Part shown: positions 37,961 to 47,735 of the stretch, piece after piece
Numbering within the stretch: the stretch's first letter is position 1
Layout of the letters: the number at the start of each line of letters is the position of its first letter
Assembly: GCA_022447365.1 (NCBI GenBank)
Contig: JAKVBL010000001.1
Span: 29,588 to 93,587, forward strand
Source of the DNA: Oleiphilaceae bacterium
GTDB taxonomy: Bacteria > Pseudomonadota > Gammaproteobacteria > Pseudomonadales > Oleiphilaceae
Direction: 5' to 3'
Length of the DNA stretch: 64,000 nt
Notes under the pieces: generated by a model
The model's database searches: none
What the model was told of the DNA's origin: nothing
What the model saw: only the letters and a program-made list of their open reading frames with translations
Position numbers and translations under genes: made by a program

Positions 37961-38884
37961 TTAGTAAAGACTGGGCTCTCCATCAGGGCGCGTCTTAAAG
38001 CGGCGATGAAGCCATAGATACTGTTCTTTGTGGCGTCGAATGTCTTCTTCTAAGCCTTTATTGATGATTGTTGCATTCTCGACTTCATCATCGCTTGGAA
38101 AGTTTTCATAAGGTTTTCCAAAGTAAAGACTGTAATGACCATCGTTGTCTTCACGATATTGCGCAAGCCGAAGTACCGTACATCCGGTTTCGCGCGCGAT
38201 CCAAGCCGTTGTTGTAATGCTGGAAGCGGGTACTCCAAAAAATGGTGCGAAAACAGACTGCTTTTTGCCCATATCTTGATCTGGCGCGTACCACACTAAA
38301 GCGCCGGCCTTGATATCCTCTATCATATCTTTGACTTGGCGTTTGCTGTAGGGGCGCGCGTTGTAGACTAAGCGCGCACGTTCTATTGCAGCATCAAGCA
38401 AAGGGTTGTTTTGAGGGCGATACATATAGCCAAATTGTGTTACGGAGTTAAGAAGTGGCCCAGCTAAATCCAGCATGCTGAAGTGGCCGCCAACGAGCAA
38501 AATTCCTTTACCTCGCTCTTGTGCTTCTTTTAAGTTCTCAATGCCATGTACTGTAAGTTTATCAATATATGGAGTGTAGTTTCCCCACCAACTTGCCAGG
38601 CTCTCCATGTAGCCGGTGGCGTTTGATATAAATGTGTCGTACACAAGCTGCTCTCGTTCTTCTTCAGAGAGCTCAGGGAAGCAGGCGTTGATATTTCCTC
38701 GGGCTGTTTTGTAGCGACTACCTTTGAGTTTGTAGAGTCTATGGCCTAAGAATCGACCGAGGCCCATACGAGAGCCATGTGGCAAACGGGCTAGAAGCCG
38801 CATTAGACCGATCAAAAGCCATGTTGGCCAAAATTTGGGTTTGAGGAAATTGGAGTAACGATGCTCTGGTTTGAGGTTTTGCAT
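37961..38884 (-). CDS. lpxL: Lipid A late (lauroyl/myristoyl) acyltransferase, LpxL/HtrB family
   Basis: Collinear with E. coli LpxL as I recall it: HX4D box GGHFSMLD, VWYAPDQD, and the C-terminal EQYLWLHRRFKTRP. Confidence 0.85.
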   Translation of the reverse strand: MQNLKPEHRYSNFLKPKFWPTWLLIGLMRLLARLPHGSRMGLGRFLGHRLYKLKGSRYKTARGNINACFPELSEEEREQLVYDTFISNATGYMESLASWWGNYTPYIDKLTVHGIENLKEAQERGKGILLVGGHFSMLDLAGPLLNSVTQFGYMYRPQNNPLLDAAIERARLVYNARPYSKRQVKDMIEDIKAGALVWYAPDQDMGKKQSVFAPFFGVPASSITTTAWIARETGCTVLRLAQYREDNDGHYSLYFGKPYENFPSDDEVENATIINKGLEEDIRRHKEQYLWLHRRFKTRPDGEPSLY

Positions 38885-38962
38885 AAAGCCTAGCTTGTTT
38901 GTCCTAAAGTAACGCGCCTGAAATAGTACATTAAAGCGCGTTACGTTACTAAAGCTAAGCGT

Positions 38963-39370
38963 CTATTTTGTTCTTGACGGCGAAGTAAAAGATAAGACTT
39001 TCGCTTCGTGCTTAGTGCGCGATTTGAGGTAATCGTCTGGCTGGTTGAGCGCATAGCGCAGCTCTGCGATCGAATCATTCATCATTGATGAAATTTTCAT
39101 GCATGCCTGCACTGGATTGTTACAACGCTTTCTCTCCATGTCGATCTGAAACTGGAGCCCTTGTAAGCGCTCTCTCATGTGCTTCGGAGCACCATTAATC
39201 ACGGTTTCAATTGCATTTTTCCGAATGCTTTCGAGCTGTTCAGGATTCTCGCTTGCGAGGCGCATTAGTTCATCAAAATTGGGTAGCTCAACACGACCAA
39301 GCGCAGTTTTGCGTACGTCAACATCTTTCAAACGAAGCTTGCTGATCTCGCGTGATTTTCCATTCTGCAT
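38963..39370 (-). CDS. Small conserved protein (possibly DUF3135)
   Basis: 135 aa. LPNFDELMRLASENPEQLESIRK...MRERLQGLQFQID resembles that family. The family name is from memory. Confidence 0.45.
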   Translation of the reverse strand: MQNGKSREISKLRLKDVDVRKTALGRVELPNFDELMRLASENPEQLESIRKNAIETVINGAPKHMRERLQGLQFQIDMERKRCNNPVQACMKISSMMNDSIAELRYALNQPDDYLKSRTKHEAKVLSFTSPSRTK

Positions 39371-39607
39371 TGTAACGACCTCATACTGTTACGTGGAATG
39401 TATTGGCTATTTTATGTACAACTTTCAATTTGTTAAGAAAACAAAAGTAAAACCATACTTGCGTATCTTTAGAGGCTGTAGCTAAATGAAAGAGTCAGTT
39501 CGTTCGAAAGCGCCGCCTGAGTGATCTGATTGACTTAAAGTCGTCATATTAAAGGTGTAGCTTTCTAAAGTGGTCGAACATTCATGTTATGCACCGGGAC
39601 GACAACT

Positions 39608-40177
39608 ATGGACTTTCAGGCGATTCTTAAAATCGACAAAAGCGGGCGTCCTGTCCGTTGGATTAGCAAAGAAACTGCAACTCATTTAGTGTGTACAAAC
39701 AAAGTGTTGTGGGCGTTTGGCGATCAAACTGTTGCGATGCGCGGAGGCTATAATCGTCTAGGGGAGCGTTCAGTTGTCTACTTGTCTCCGATTATGGCGG
39801 TCGATGGTTCTGTCTCTAAACACGCCATAAACATCCCTTTGATGAACAAATATCTATTTCGTCGCGATCAACATACTTGTATGTACTGCGGACAACATTT
39901 CTCGCGATTATCGCTGACGCGTGACCATATTCACCCGCGGTCGCGAGGCGGCAAGGATGTGTGGACTAACGTTGTATCAGCATGTAAACCCTGCAATCAG
40001 CGCAAAGGAGCGAGAACGCCTGAAGAAGCAAACATGCCTCTGCTCGCCGTGCCCTTCAAGCCCACGTTTTCAGAACTTTTGTATCTTCAAAATCACAGTA
40101 TTTTGGATGATCAGATGGCGTATCTTAGAAAGGGGTTCAAGCATTTAGCGGGCGACTTTGCAGTGAGTGTTCGATAA
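39608..40177 (+). CDS. HNH endonuclease-domain protein
   Basis: CMYCGQ...LTRDHIHPRSRGGKDVWTNVVSACKPCNQRKG is a canonical HNH/McrA-type motif. I prefer the ATG at 39608. Confidence 0.8.
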   Translation: MDFQAILKIDKSGRPVRWISKETATHLVCTNKVLWAFGDQTVAMRGGYNRLGERSVVYLSPIMAVDGSVSKHAINIPLMNKYLFRRDQHTCMYCGQHFSRLSLTRDHIHPRSRGGKDVWTNVVSACKPCNQRKGARTPEEANMPLLAVPFKPTFSELLYLQNHSILDDQMAYLRKGFKHLAGDFAVSVR

Positions 40178-40252
40178 GGCTGTTTTAACTCATCGCACTG
40201 ACGAGATAGAAAGACTATAATTGGCGCTATATCCATAGCGTTGAACAATTGA

Positions 40253-42937
40253 ATGTCAAAATCCGACCCAAATAAGTCGCAAAATCCTCCTTCCCAATCG
40301 AAACATGACCCTCATGCGGCGAAAGAAGCCGAAAAGTATGCGCAGCCTATTGCGAGCAGAGAGCATATCTTAGATTTGCTTGAGCAAAGTGGCGAAGCAT
40401 TAACACATCCGCAAATTGCTCATGTTCTTGAAATCTCAGATCCCGAGGGTTTTGAAGCCTTACGTCGTCGTTTGATCGCGATGAGCCGTGATGGTCAGTT
40501 AGTTTGTAATCGTCGACAGCAATATCAGCCAGCCGCTCGAGTCGATTTCTTGAAAGGAATCGTCATAGGGCATCGCGATGGTTTTGGCTTTGTGAAACTC
40601 GAGAAAGGCGGGGATGATCTACTGTTGTCAGCGAAACAAATGCAAAGTGTGTTTGACGGTGACAGAGTGCTTGTTCGGGTTGATCACGTTGATGCGAAAG
40701 GTCGCGGTCATGCTGTGATCATGGAGGTCATTGAACGCAATACAAAAGATGTTGTTGGGCGCATTTTCTTTGAAAGTGGTTTGTGTTTTGTTGAAGTCGA
40801 AAGTGTTCGAGAGACTCAACAGGTTGTGGTTGCTCAAGAAGACACCTTAGGTGCGAAGCATGGGCAATATGTTGTTGCTAAAATCTTGCATCAGCCATCT
40901 AAACGAGAACACGCGACGGGTGAAGTTACCGAAGTGCTCGGGGATCACTTAGCACCGGGTATGGAGATCGAGGTAGCGATTCGTTCTTATAATATTCCTC
41001 ATGAATGGCCGGAAGATTTAATCGCTCAGATTGAATCGTTTACACCAGAGGTTAGCGAGGCCGATAAATCTGGACGCATTGATTTAAGGGATCTTCCTTT
41101 AGTTACTATCGACGGTGAAGACGCACGAGACTTTGACGACGCTGTGTATTGCGAGCGCCGCGACGAAGGTGGTTGGCGTCTATATGTCGCGATTGCAGAC
41201 GTTAGTCATTACGTTAATGTTGATAGCCCCTTAGATCATGAAGCGAACAAGCGCGCGACATCGGTATATTTTCCAGATCATGTCGTACCGATGCTACCGG
41301 AGTTGCTATCTAACGGCCTATGCTCTTTGAATCCTAAAGTTGATCGTCTATGTATGGTCTGCGAAATGGAGTTGAGCCCAGAGGGTAAAGTAGAAAAGAG
41401 TTATTTCTACGAGGCTGTTATGCATAGTCATGCTCGCATGACCTATAACCAAGTCGGCACGATTTTGGATGAGCCTGATAGTGTTGAAGGAATCCAATTA
41501 TGCGAAGACTTTGCCGAGCGTTTACCGCAGATTTATGACCTTTTCGAGTTGTACCAAGCTTTAAGAAAACGCCGAACAGAACGTGGCGCGATCGATTTTG
41601 AAACAGTTGAAACGCAAATTATCTTTGGTGAAGAGCGCAAAATCGATGCGATCGTTCCTCGTGAACGAAATGATGCACATAAGATCATTGAAGAATGCAT
41701 GCTATGTGCGAATGTGGCGACAGCGGAATTTCTAATCGCTGAGAAATTGCCTGCCTTATACCGTGTTCACGAGGGGCCGGGTGAACAGAAGCTCGAAAAC
41801 TTACGCGCCTTCCTAAACGAGCAGGGCTTATTTTTGGGTGGAGGAGAAACCCCCAAGCCTGCTGATTATCAAGTCTTGTTTGAGCAGATCGCTAATCGTC
41901 CTGACTTTAGCGTGATTCAAACAATGATGCTGCGTTCGATGAGCCAAGCGGTATACAGCCCAGAAGAGAAAGGGCATTTTGGCCTAGCATACGAACACTA
42001 CGCGCATTTTACTTCTCCTATCCGGCGTTACCCAGATTTGCTTGTCCACCGAGCGATTAAGTCGGTGATTTTTAGTGATAGAAAAACGGATCGTGTTCGA
42101 CGTCATCCCGATCAGAATGGTGCACAGAAGTTTCTATATGACTTTGAGCGCATGCTCAATTTGGGTGAGCACTGCTCGATGGCTGAGCGCCGCGCAGACG
42201 AGGCAACTCGTGACGTTACAAACTGGCTTAAATGTGAGTATTTACAGCAACATCTTGGCGAAACATTCGAGGGCTTAATTGCCGCAGTGACGGGATTTGG
42301 TTTCTTTGTCGAGCTAGCCGATTTGTATGTTGAAGGGCTTGTGCATGTGGCGAGCCTCGAAGGTGATTACTATCAGTTTGATCAGCAGAAACAACGTTTA
42401 ACTGGTGAACGTTCAGGTAAACGCTTTGCGTTAGGCGATAAAGTTCTCGTGCAAGTTGCAGCGATTAACTTAGAAGAACGCAAGATTGATCTTATTTTGG
42501 TGAGTCAAGGTAAGAGTGCCAAAGCTAGACGTGGCAAACGTACCGAAGATCGCCGAGATAAAAGTTCTCATCGTGGTAAAGGTGGTGCATCTCGACGCGG
42601 TGAGGCTGGTTTGTATGAGTCGAAAAGCGCTGGTGCCGGAAAACGTAAAGACCGTATAAGTGGTCATGAGAATTCGGGTAAACGCACTAAAAAATCTAAC
42701 TCGGAGGCTCATCCTAAGTCTGCCAAACCATCCTTAAGTGGTAAGAAAATGGGCGGCAAGGATAAACTTAAATCGAAGAAAAAGGCGAAGCCTTTGAAAG
42801 TGGGGCAGGACCTGAATGCACCGAGTTTACCGAGCAATAAAGAAGTAGGTTTGCATGATGATGCGGCGCCGAGGCGTCGTGCGAAGCTAAGGCCTGTTGC
42901 GCAACCTAGAAAACGGAAAGTACAACCTGATGAGTAA
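40253..42937 (+). CDS. rnr: Ribonuclease R
   Basis: Cold-shock-like domains, RNB motif DGEDARDFDDAV, an S1 domain, and a long Lys/Arg-rich C-terminal tail; 894 aa. Followed by rlmB, as is typical. Confidence 0.9.
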   Translation: MSKSDPNKSQNPPSQSKHDPHAAKEAEKYAQPIASREHILDLLEQSGEALTHPQIAHVLEISDPEGFEALRRRLIAMSRDGQLVCNRRQQYQPAARVDFLKGIVIGHRDGFGFVKLEKGGDDLLLSAKQMQSVFDGDRVLVRVDHVDAKGRGHAVIMEVIERNTKDVVGRIFFESGLCFVEVESVRETQQVVVAQEDTLGAKHGQYVVAKILHQPSKREHATGEVTEVLGDHLAPGMEIEVAIRSYNIPHEWPEDLIAQIESFTPEVSEADKSGRIDLRDLPLVTIDGEDARDFDDAVYCERRDEGGWRLYVAIADVSHYVNVDSPLDHEANKRATSVYFPDHVVPMLPELLSNGLCSLNPKVDRLCMVCEMELSPEGKVEKSYFYEAVMHSHARMTYNQVGTILDEPDSVEGIQLCEDFAERLPQIYDLFELYQALRKRRTERGAIDFETVETQIIFGEERKIDAIVPRERNDAHKIIEECMLCANVATAEFLIAEKLPALYRVHEGPGEQKLENLRAFLNEQGLFLGGGETPKPADYQVLFEQIANRPDFSVIQTMMLRSMSQAVYSPEEKGHFGLAYEHYAHFTSPIRRYPDLLVHRAIKSVIFSDRKTDRVRRHPDQNGAQKFLYDFERMLNLGEHCSMAERRADEATRDVTNWLKCEYLQQHLGETFEGLIAAVTGFGFFVELADLYVEGLVHVASLEGDYYQFDQQKQRLTGERSGKRFALGDKVLVQVAAINLEERKIDLILVSQGKSAKARRGKRTEDRRDKSSHRGKGGASRRGEAGLYESKSAGAGKRKDRISGHENSGKRTKKSNSEAHPKSAKPSLSGKKMGGKDKLKSKKKAKPLKVGQDLNAPSLPSNKEVGLHDDAAPRRRAKLRPVAQPRKRKVQPDE

Positions 42938-43679
42938 GTTAGATACAGTTTTTGGTCTGCATGCGGTTGAGTCGCTGCTTGAAAAAGAAGCTGACAGCGT
43001 AAAGAGCCTTCTAGTGATGCAAGGGCGCGAGGATAAGCGCTTGCAGCGCGTGTTATCTCTTGCTGATAAGTCAGGAATTTCTTATAAGCTTTGCCCTCGA
43101 AGAGAACTTGATGATCTTGTGCGTGGTCGTCACCAAGGTATTGTCGCGCTTGTCGAGCCGAGTAAAGAACTTAATGACAACGATCTTGAAGTGTTGCTCG
43201 ATGGCTTAGACGAGCCTCCGTTTTTATTGATCTTAGACTCAGTGACAGATCCGCATAATCTTGGCGCTTGCTTGCGCTCTGCTGATGCGGCAGGTGCACA
43301 TGCTGTCATTACACCAAAAGATAAATCTGCACCTTTAAATGCTGTAGCGAAAAACGTTGCTTCGGGTGCTGCGGAACATGTGCCTTTGATTCGAGTGACT
43401 AATTTGGCGAGGAGCATGCGATCCTTGCAAGATCGTGGAATCTGGATAACCGGCGCTGCAGGTGAGGGCGCTTCGGATATTTATCAAACTGATTTTAATG
43501 GTCCAACCGCTATTGCTATGGGGGCCGAGGGAAGTGGCTTGCGCCGTCTCACGCGTGAACACTGCGATCAGCTGACAAAAATTCCGATGGCGGGCTCGGT
43601 AAGTAGTCTCAATGTCTCTGTGGCAACCGGTGTTTTCCTGTTTGAGGCGATGCGTCAAAGATCCTCTAACAAGTCATAA
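42930..43679 (+). CDS. rlmB: 23S rRNA (guanosine-2'-O)-methyltransferase RlmB
   Basis: SpoU/TrmH motifs LLILDSVTDPHNLGACLRSA, AMGAEGSGL and SLNVSVATG. The ATG at 42930 overlaps the rnr stop. Confidence 0.85.
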   Translation: MSKLDTVFGLHAVESLLEKEADSVKSLLVMQGREDKRLQRVLSLADKSGISYKLCPRRELDDLVRGRHQGIVALVEPSKELNDNDLEVLLDGLDEPPFLLILDSVTDPHNLGACLRSADAAGAHAVITPKDKSAPLNAVAKNVASGAAEHVPLIRVTNLARSMRSLQDRGIWITGAAGEGASDIYQTDFNGPTAIAMGAEGSGLRRLTREHCDQLTKIPMAGSVSSLNVSVATGVFLFEAMRQRSSNKS

Positions 43680-43727
43680 ATTAGCGTCTATAGTTCATGC
43701 AATCTTTCAAATAAGGATTGCTTTTGA

Positions 43728-44726
43728 ATGCTTCGACTACTGTTCCTTCTTCTATTTTCAACAAGCGTAATCGGCAGCACTGTTTCGGATATTAGTGCTG
43801 CTGCCGGTGAAACGACGAATCATGCCGCGAGCAATATAAAAGATTGGTATAGCGATGCGACGAATACTGCGCTGTTCAGTATTGGTGAGGCAGATATTAC
43901 CGTTATTGATTTGGTGTGGGTAGTTGTCGTTCTGGTTGGGGCTTTTACCTTTTCATCCTTACTGCGTCGCTTCTTAAACCGCCTTACCGTTAAACATGAA
44001 AGCTTCTCAGTGTCAGGCATGTTTACGCTTGGCCGATTATTGCACTACCTGATTTTACTCATTGCCGTATTTTTGTGTTTTGCCTTACTGGGCATTGATT
44101 TTACGAAGTTAGCGATTGTCGCAGGTGCTTTGAGTGTCGGTGTTGGCTTTGGCTTGCAGTCTATCTTTAACAACTTTATTTCTGGTTTGATTCTACTGTT
44201 CGAGAGGCCAATAAAGGTTGGAGATTTAATTGAACTCGACTCGGGTACGCGAGGCAGAGTCAAAGCAATAAATGTTCGAAGTACTCAAATCACGACGTGG
44301 GATAACATTGATTTACTTGTCCCTAATTCGGAATTTATTTCAGGGAGAGTGATCAACTATACCTTGAGTGATGACGTGCGCCGTCTGCATATCCCTTTTG
44401 GTGTCGCTTATGGTTCTGATAAGGAAATTGTTAAACGCGCTGCTATTGAAGCTTCGCTCGAGCTGTCATGCACCATTAATCACGGGGCACACAAGCCAGA
44501 TGTGTGGTTGATCAATTTTGGCGACAGTTCATTAGATTTTGAGTTAATTGTTTGGGTAAATGGAAATGAATTGCCTATCGATAAGCACCCAATTGGTATG
44601 TATTTGTGGGAGATCGAAACCAAACTCAGTGAGTACGAGATTGAAATACCATTTCCTCAACGTGATTTGCGTTTGCGTTCGATAGATAAAGAAGTTGTCA
44701 ATGCGATACCAGAACGATCGCTGTGA
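43728..44726 (+). CDS. Small-conductance mechanosensitive channel (MscS family)
   Basis: Signal/TM N-terminus, pore helix GALSVGVGFGLQSIFNNFISGLILLFERPIKVGD, and a beta-domain; 332 aa. Confidence 0.8.
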   Translation: MLRLLFLLLFSTSVIGSTVSDISAAAGETTNHAASNIKDWYSDATNTALFSIGEADITVIDLVWVVVVLVGAFTFSSLLRRFLNRLTVKHESFSVSGMFTLGRLLHYLILLIAVFLCFALLGIDFTKLAIVAGALSVGVGFGLQSIFNNFISGLILLFERPIKVGDLIELDSGTRGRVKAINVRSTQITTWDNIDLLVPNSEFISGRVINYTLSDDVRRLHIPFGVAYGSDKEIVKRAAIEASLELSCTINHGAHKPDVWLINFGDSSLDFELIVWVNGNELPIDKHPIGMYLWEIETKLSEYEIEIPFPQRDLRLRSIDKEVVNAIPERSL

Positions 44727-44741
44727 GCTTAAAAATAGATA

Positions 44742-44772
44742 AGCACGCTATCGGTTTACTGGATAGCGTGCT
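44742..44772 (-). terminator. Hairpin terminator between convergent mscS-family and DJ-1-family genes
   Basis: 11-bp stem AGCACGCTATC / GATAGCGTGCT with a 9-nt loop. The U-run is on the minus-strand side (complement of AAAAA at 44731-44735). Confidence 0.6.
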
Positions 44773-44779
44773 GTACAGG

Positions 44780-45457
44780 CTACTTCAACAAGTTTAAAAG
44801 CGCGTCTGCAGTTGCGTGCGAAGATCCCGGGTTTTGGCCTGTCACTAGCAAACCATCCACTTCAATGTGTTCTTGCCAGTTTTCTCTCGCCGAGTATATA
44901 CCGCCATTTGCTTTGAGCATTTCTTCTACAGAAAATGGTACGACCTCACTTAGCTCTACTGCTGCCTCTTCGCTATCAGAAAACCCCGTCACTTTTCGAC
45001 CAGACACAATGTATTGTCCAGATTCATCTTTGGTTGATTTAAAAACAGCGGGGCCATGGCATACGGCGCCAATAGGTTTCTCTTGATTCCAGAATGTTTC
45101 AATCAAAGAAATCGATTTCTCGTCATTGGCGAGATCCCATAAGGGGCCGTGGCCGCCTGGATAAAAAATCGCATCAAAGTTTTCTGCATCCATATCGGTC
45201 AATACTTGAGTGTTAGCGATGAGTTCTTGTATGCCTTCGTCTTGATAGTAACGCTCAGTTGTTTCGGTTTGTGCTTCTGGATTAGTGCTGCTCGGATCAA
45301 TCGGCGCTGCCCCGCCTTTAGGTGACGCGATAACGATATCAGCGCCAGCATCTTTGAATGTGTAGTACGGGGTTGTGAACTCTTCTAGCCAAAGCCCTGT
45401 TGCATGACCCGTTTCGCCGAGTTGTGAATGTGATGTTAAAACCATTAGTACGCGCAT
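44780..45457 (-). CDS. DJ-1/PfpI-family (type 1 glutamine amidotransferase-like) protein
   Basis: Nucleophile elbow IGAVCHGPA. I chose the ATG at 45457, preceded by AGGAGA, over the TTG at 45475. Confidence 0.8.
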   Translation of the reverse strand: MRVLMVLTSHSQLGETGHATGLWLEEFTTPYYTFKDAGADIVIASPKGGAAPIDPSSTNPEAQTETTERYYQDEGIQELIANTQVLTDMDAENFDAIFYPGGHGPLWDLANDEKSISLIETFWNQEKPIGAVCHGPAVFKSTKDESGQYIVSGRKVTGFSDSEEAAVELSEVVPFSVEEMLKANGGIYSARENWQEHIEVDGLLVTGQNPGSSHATADALLNLLK

Positions 45458-45556
45458 CAATAAGTCTCCTGACAAATGAATATGTTTTCGAGCTTGAGAT
45501 TAGGGTAGTCTTTGAAATAAGAGAAATTTAATGATTGCATATCAGGCATAAGAAAT

Positions 45557-46459
45557 TTGGATATCAGAAATAAAGATATAAATCTTTTAGTGACATTTCA
45601 CGCGGTATATCAAGAGTTGAATGTATCGAGAGCCGCTGAGCGTCTAGCTATTAGTCAGCCGGCTTTGAGCCAGCGTTTGAACAAACTAAGGTCAGAAATT
45701 GGTGACCCTTTGTTTGTAAAAACGCAGCGGGGTTTAACATCTACACCTAAAGCACACGAGTTAGCGCCAAAAATTGCACAGCTTGTCGATAAGCTTGAGG
45801 CTTTTTATTTGGATCTAGATGAGCAAGAGTTTCTTCATCGCACAGATCGGATTGTTATCTACAGTACGGACTATATGGAGCAGCGTTTATTGCCAACATT
45901 GCTCCCTTATGTTCAAGAACATGCGCCTAACTTAAGTCTAGTATTCAAAAATACAATGGGGCGTTTGCCTCGATCAGAACTAGAGAATGGCTTGTGTGAT
46001 ATTGCGATTGCGGGGTTTTATTCTGATTTGCCTGATTCATTTCGAACTCAGTACTTAGATACTGAGACGTTCAAAGTGTTGGTTGATCGCTCAAATAGTA
46101 TTGTGGGTGATCAGCTTGATTTAGAAAGTTATTTGCGTTGTCACCATTTGGTCACGACTTTAACGGGAGATTTAAACGGGAATATCGATAAAGCCTTAAA
46201 ACGTATGGGTAAAAAGAGAAATGTGATTGCAGGAGTATCGAGTTTCTTATCTCCGGCAAGTGTGGTCGTGCATTCCGATTTAGTGGTGACTTGTTTGGGT
46301 ACGATCGCAGAAAAGGCATGTGAGTTATACCCTTCACTGCAAGTACACTCTTTGCCTTTGCCAGATCAATCAATTCGGATTAATCAGATATGGCATGAGC
46401 GCACTCAAAATGATCCCTTGCGCCAATGGTTAAGAGCTCAGATCAAAGACTTGATTTGA
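45557..46459 (+). CDS. LysR-family transcriptional regulator
   Basis: N-terminal wHTH LLVTFHAVYQELNVSRAAERLAISQPALSQRLNKLR; 300 aa. Divergent from the DJ-1-family gene. Confidence 0.85.
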   Translation: MDIRNKDINLLVTFHAVYQELNVSRAAERLAISQPALSQRLNKLRSEIGDPLFVKTQRGLTSTPKAHELAPKIAQLVDKLEAFYLDLDEQEFLHRTDRIVIYSTDYMEQRLLPTLLPYVQEHAPNLSLVFKNTMGRLPRSELENGLCDIAIAGFYSDLPDSFRTQYLDTETFKVLVDRSNSIVGDQLDLESYLRCHHLVTTLTGDLNGNIDKALKRMGKKRNVIAGVSSFLSPASVVVHSDLVVTCLGTIAEKACELYPSLQVHSLPLPDQSIRINQIWHERTQNDPLRQWLRAQIKDLI

Positions 46460-46521
46460 TCTGAGCTCATTGAAGGTGAAGTCGATAAGTTGTGAGCGCG
46501 AATTCCATTGTTCAACTGATC

Positions 46522-46860
46522 TTATGATTTTTTTGTACTCAGTATTTCGCGATATTTTTGCATGATAATTAGCATCACAATACTCGCTAGGCGCTCGTAT
46601 ATATCGCTCATATGCGCTTTATTTGGAAGGTTGTCACGTAATACGTTTTGAATGGTTTTAAAGCGATCTGAGCCTGCGTGTTGATCTTGTTCTAGTGTTT
46701 GCATAACAAGCTTCATGATCGTCCCATAATCATCGCCCCCTAAGTCATGCATAATGTTGTTTGCATGTACTTCGAGTTCATTCGTAGACATCGACTTTAA
46801 AGCTGCTACGAGCTCTTTTTCATTGAGTTTAATGATGTCGTGATGAGAAAGTGTGGTCAT
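46522..46860 (-). CDS. Hypothetical protein (112 aa)
   Basis: ORF only. It is co-directional with and close to upstream genes, and I recognise no motif. Confidence 0.4.
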   Translation of the reverse strand: MTTLSHHDIIKLNEKELVAALKSMSTNELEVHANNIMHDLGGDDYGTIMKLVMQTLEQDQHAGSDRFKTIQNVLRDNLPNKAHMSDIYERLASIVMLIIMQKYREILSTKKS

Positions 46861-46899
46861 AGTGGTCTCTATTTTTCTGCGCTTTTAAAGGTGCTGTTG

Positions 46900-47121
46900 T
46901 TAGGCGATATGAGTAATGCTTTGGAACTTGCCTTGCTCGTTAAATTGAATAGCGAATGTTCCACTGATTCCATCATGTGTGGTGAAAGAGCTTAGGATAT
47001 TGGCTGGAAATTGCACGCTACGGCCATCGCGAGACATAGCCCGAACAAGCTGCGACTCTCCTCGGTAGAGCCTGAGCCATTCCTCTCTTGATATGCGTAA
47101 ATCAACAATAATCTGCTGCAT
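46900..47121 (-). CDS. Small conserved protein (possibly DUF2835)
   Basis: 73 aa. ISREEWLRLYRG...MSRDGRSVQFPANILSSFTTHDGISGTFAIQFNEQGKF resembles that family as I recall it. Confidence 0.5.
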   Translation of the reverse strand: MQQIIVDLRISREEWLRLYRGESQLVRAMSRDGRSVQFPANILSSFTTHDGISGTFAIQFNEQGKFQSITHIA

Positions 47122-47138
47122 GTCGTGCGTGATATAGG

Positions 47139-47735
47139 CTAAACGTGTTTTACGAACCAGTATCGTTCCCAGAATAATAGTACTTTTTCAGGGTATTTTG
47201 TTCGGCCTAGGCTGCCGTTATAGCGAGCGAGTGCTCGAATTAGATTACCTTTTTCTCGGTTAATGTAATGCTTAAGTATTGTGCATCCATAGCGTAAGTT
47301 AGTGGCTGTATCCATGAGATTGTCTTCGGTTCGACCAATTTCATTTTTCCAGAATGGCATGACCTGCATTAGGCCTTGAGCACCCACGACGGAGATAGCA
47401 AAACGCTTGAATAAGCTCTCGACATGAATCACTGATAGAACGAGTTCGGGTTCAAGCCCTGCGCGCTTTGCTTCAGAGTGCACGAGCTTCAGAAAATCAA
47501 CACGCTGTTTTGGGTCTTTGATGTAACGTTTTAACCTGCTCGACATATCGACTAGCCAAACTTCCGCGTCAAAGCGATCATCAAAGCTTGATGCATCGGT
47601 GACTGCTTCTTGTAATAGCTTGGTTAGTTCCGCATCGGGTTCTTGTATGGCCCAACCAAGAACGGGCAGCCATAGTAAAATGGCCGCCAGAACAATGCGA
47701 TAAATGCGAGATAAAGCTTGTTTATGCAAGACCAA
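47139..47735 (-). CDS. Lytic transglycosylase (SLT domain) with signal peptide
   Basis: Catalytic region VIHVESLF...[10 protein letters not shown]...YNGS. N-terminal signal sequence. The start overlaps the proS 3' end by 14 nt. Confidence 0.75.
   Translation of the reverse strand: MVLHKQALSRIYRIVLAAILLWLPVLGWAIQEPDAELTKLLQEAVTDASSFDDRFDAEVWLVDMSSRLKRYIKDPKQRVDFLKLVHSEAKRAGLEPELVLSVIHVESLFKRFAISVVGAQGLMQVMPFWKNEIGRTEDNLMDTATNLRYGCTILKHYINREKGNLIRALARYNGSLGRTKYPEKVLLFWERYWFVKHV

Noticed and set aside
42480-42937. The highly basic, low-complexity Lys/Arg/Ser/Gly-rich stretch at the 3' end of rnr, which at first glance looks like a repeat or a separate ORF (track ORF 42470-42712 on the minus strand).
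   Set aside because: A basic C-terminal tail is a known feature of RNase R. The frame is continuous with the S1 domain and ends in an overlap with rlmB.
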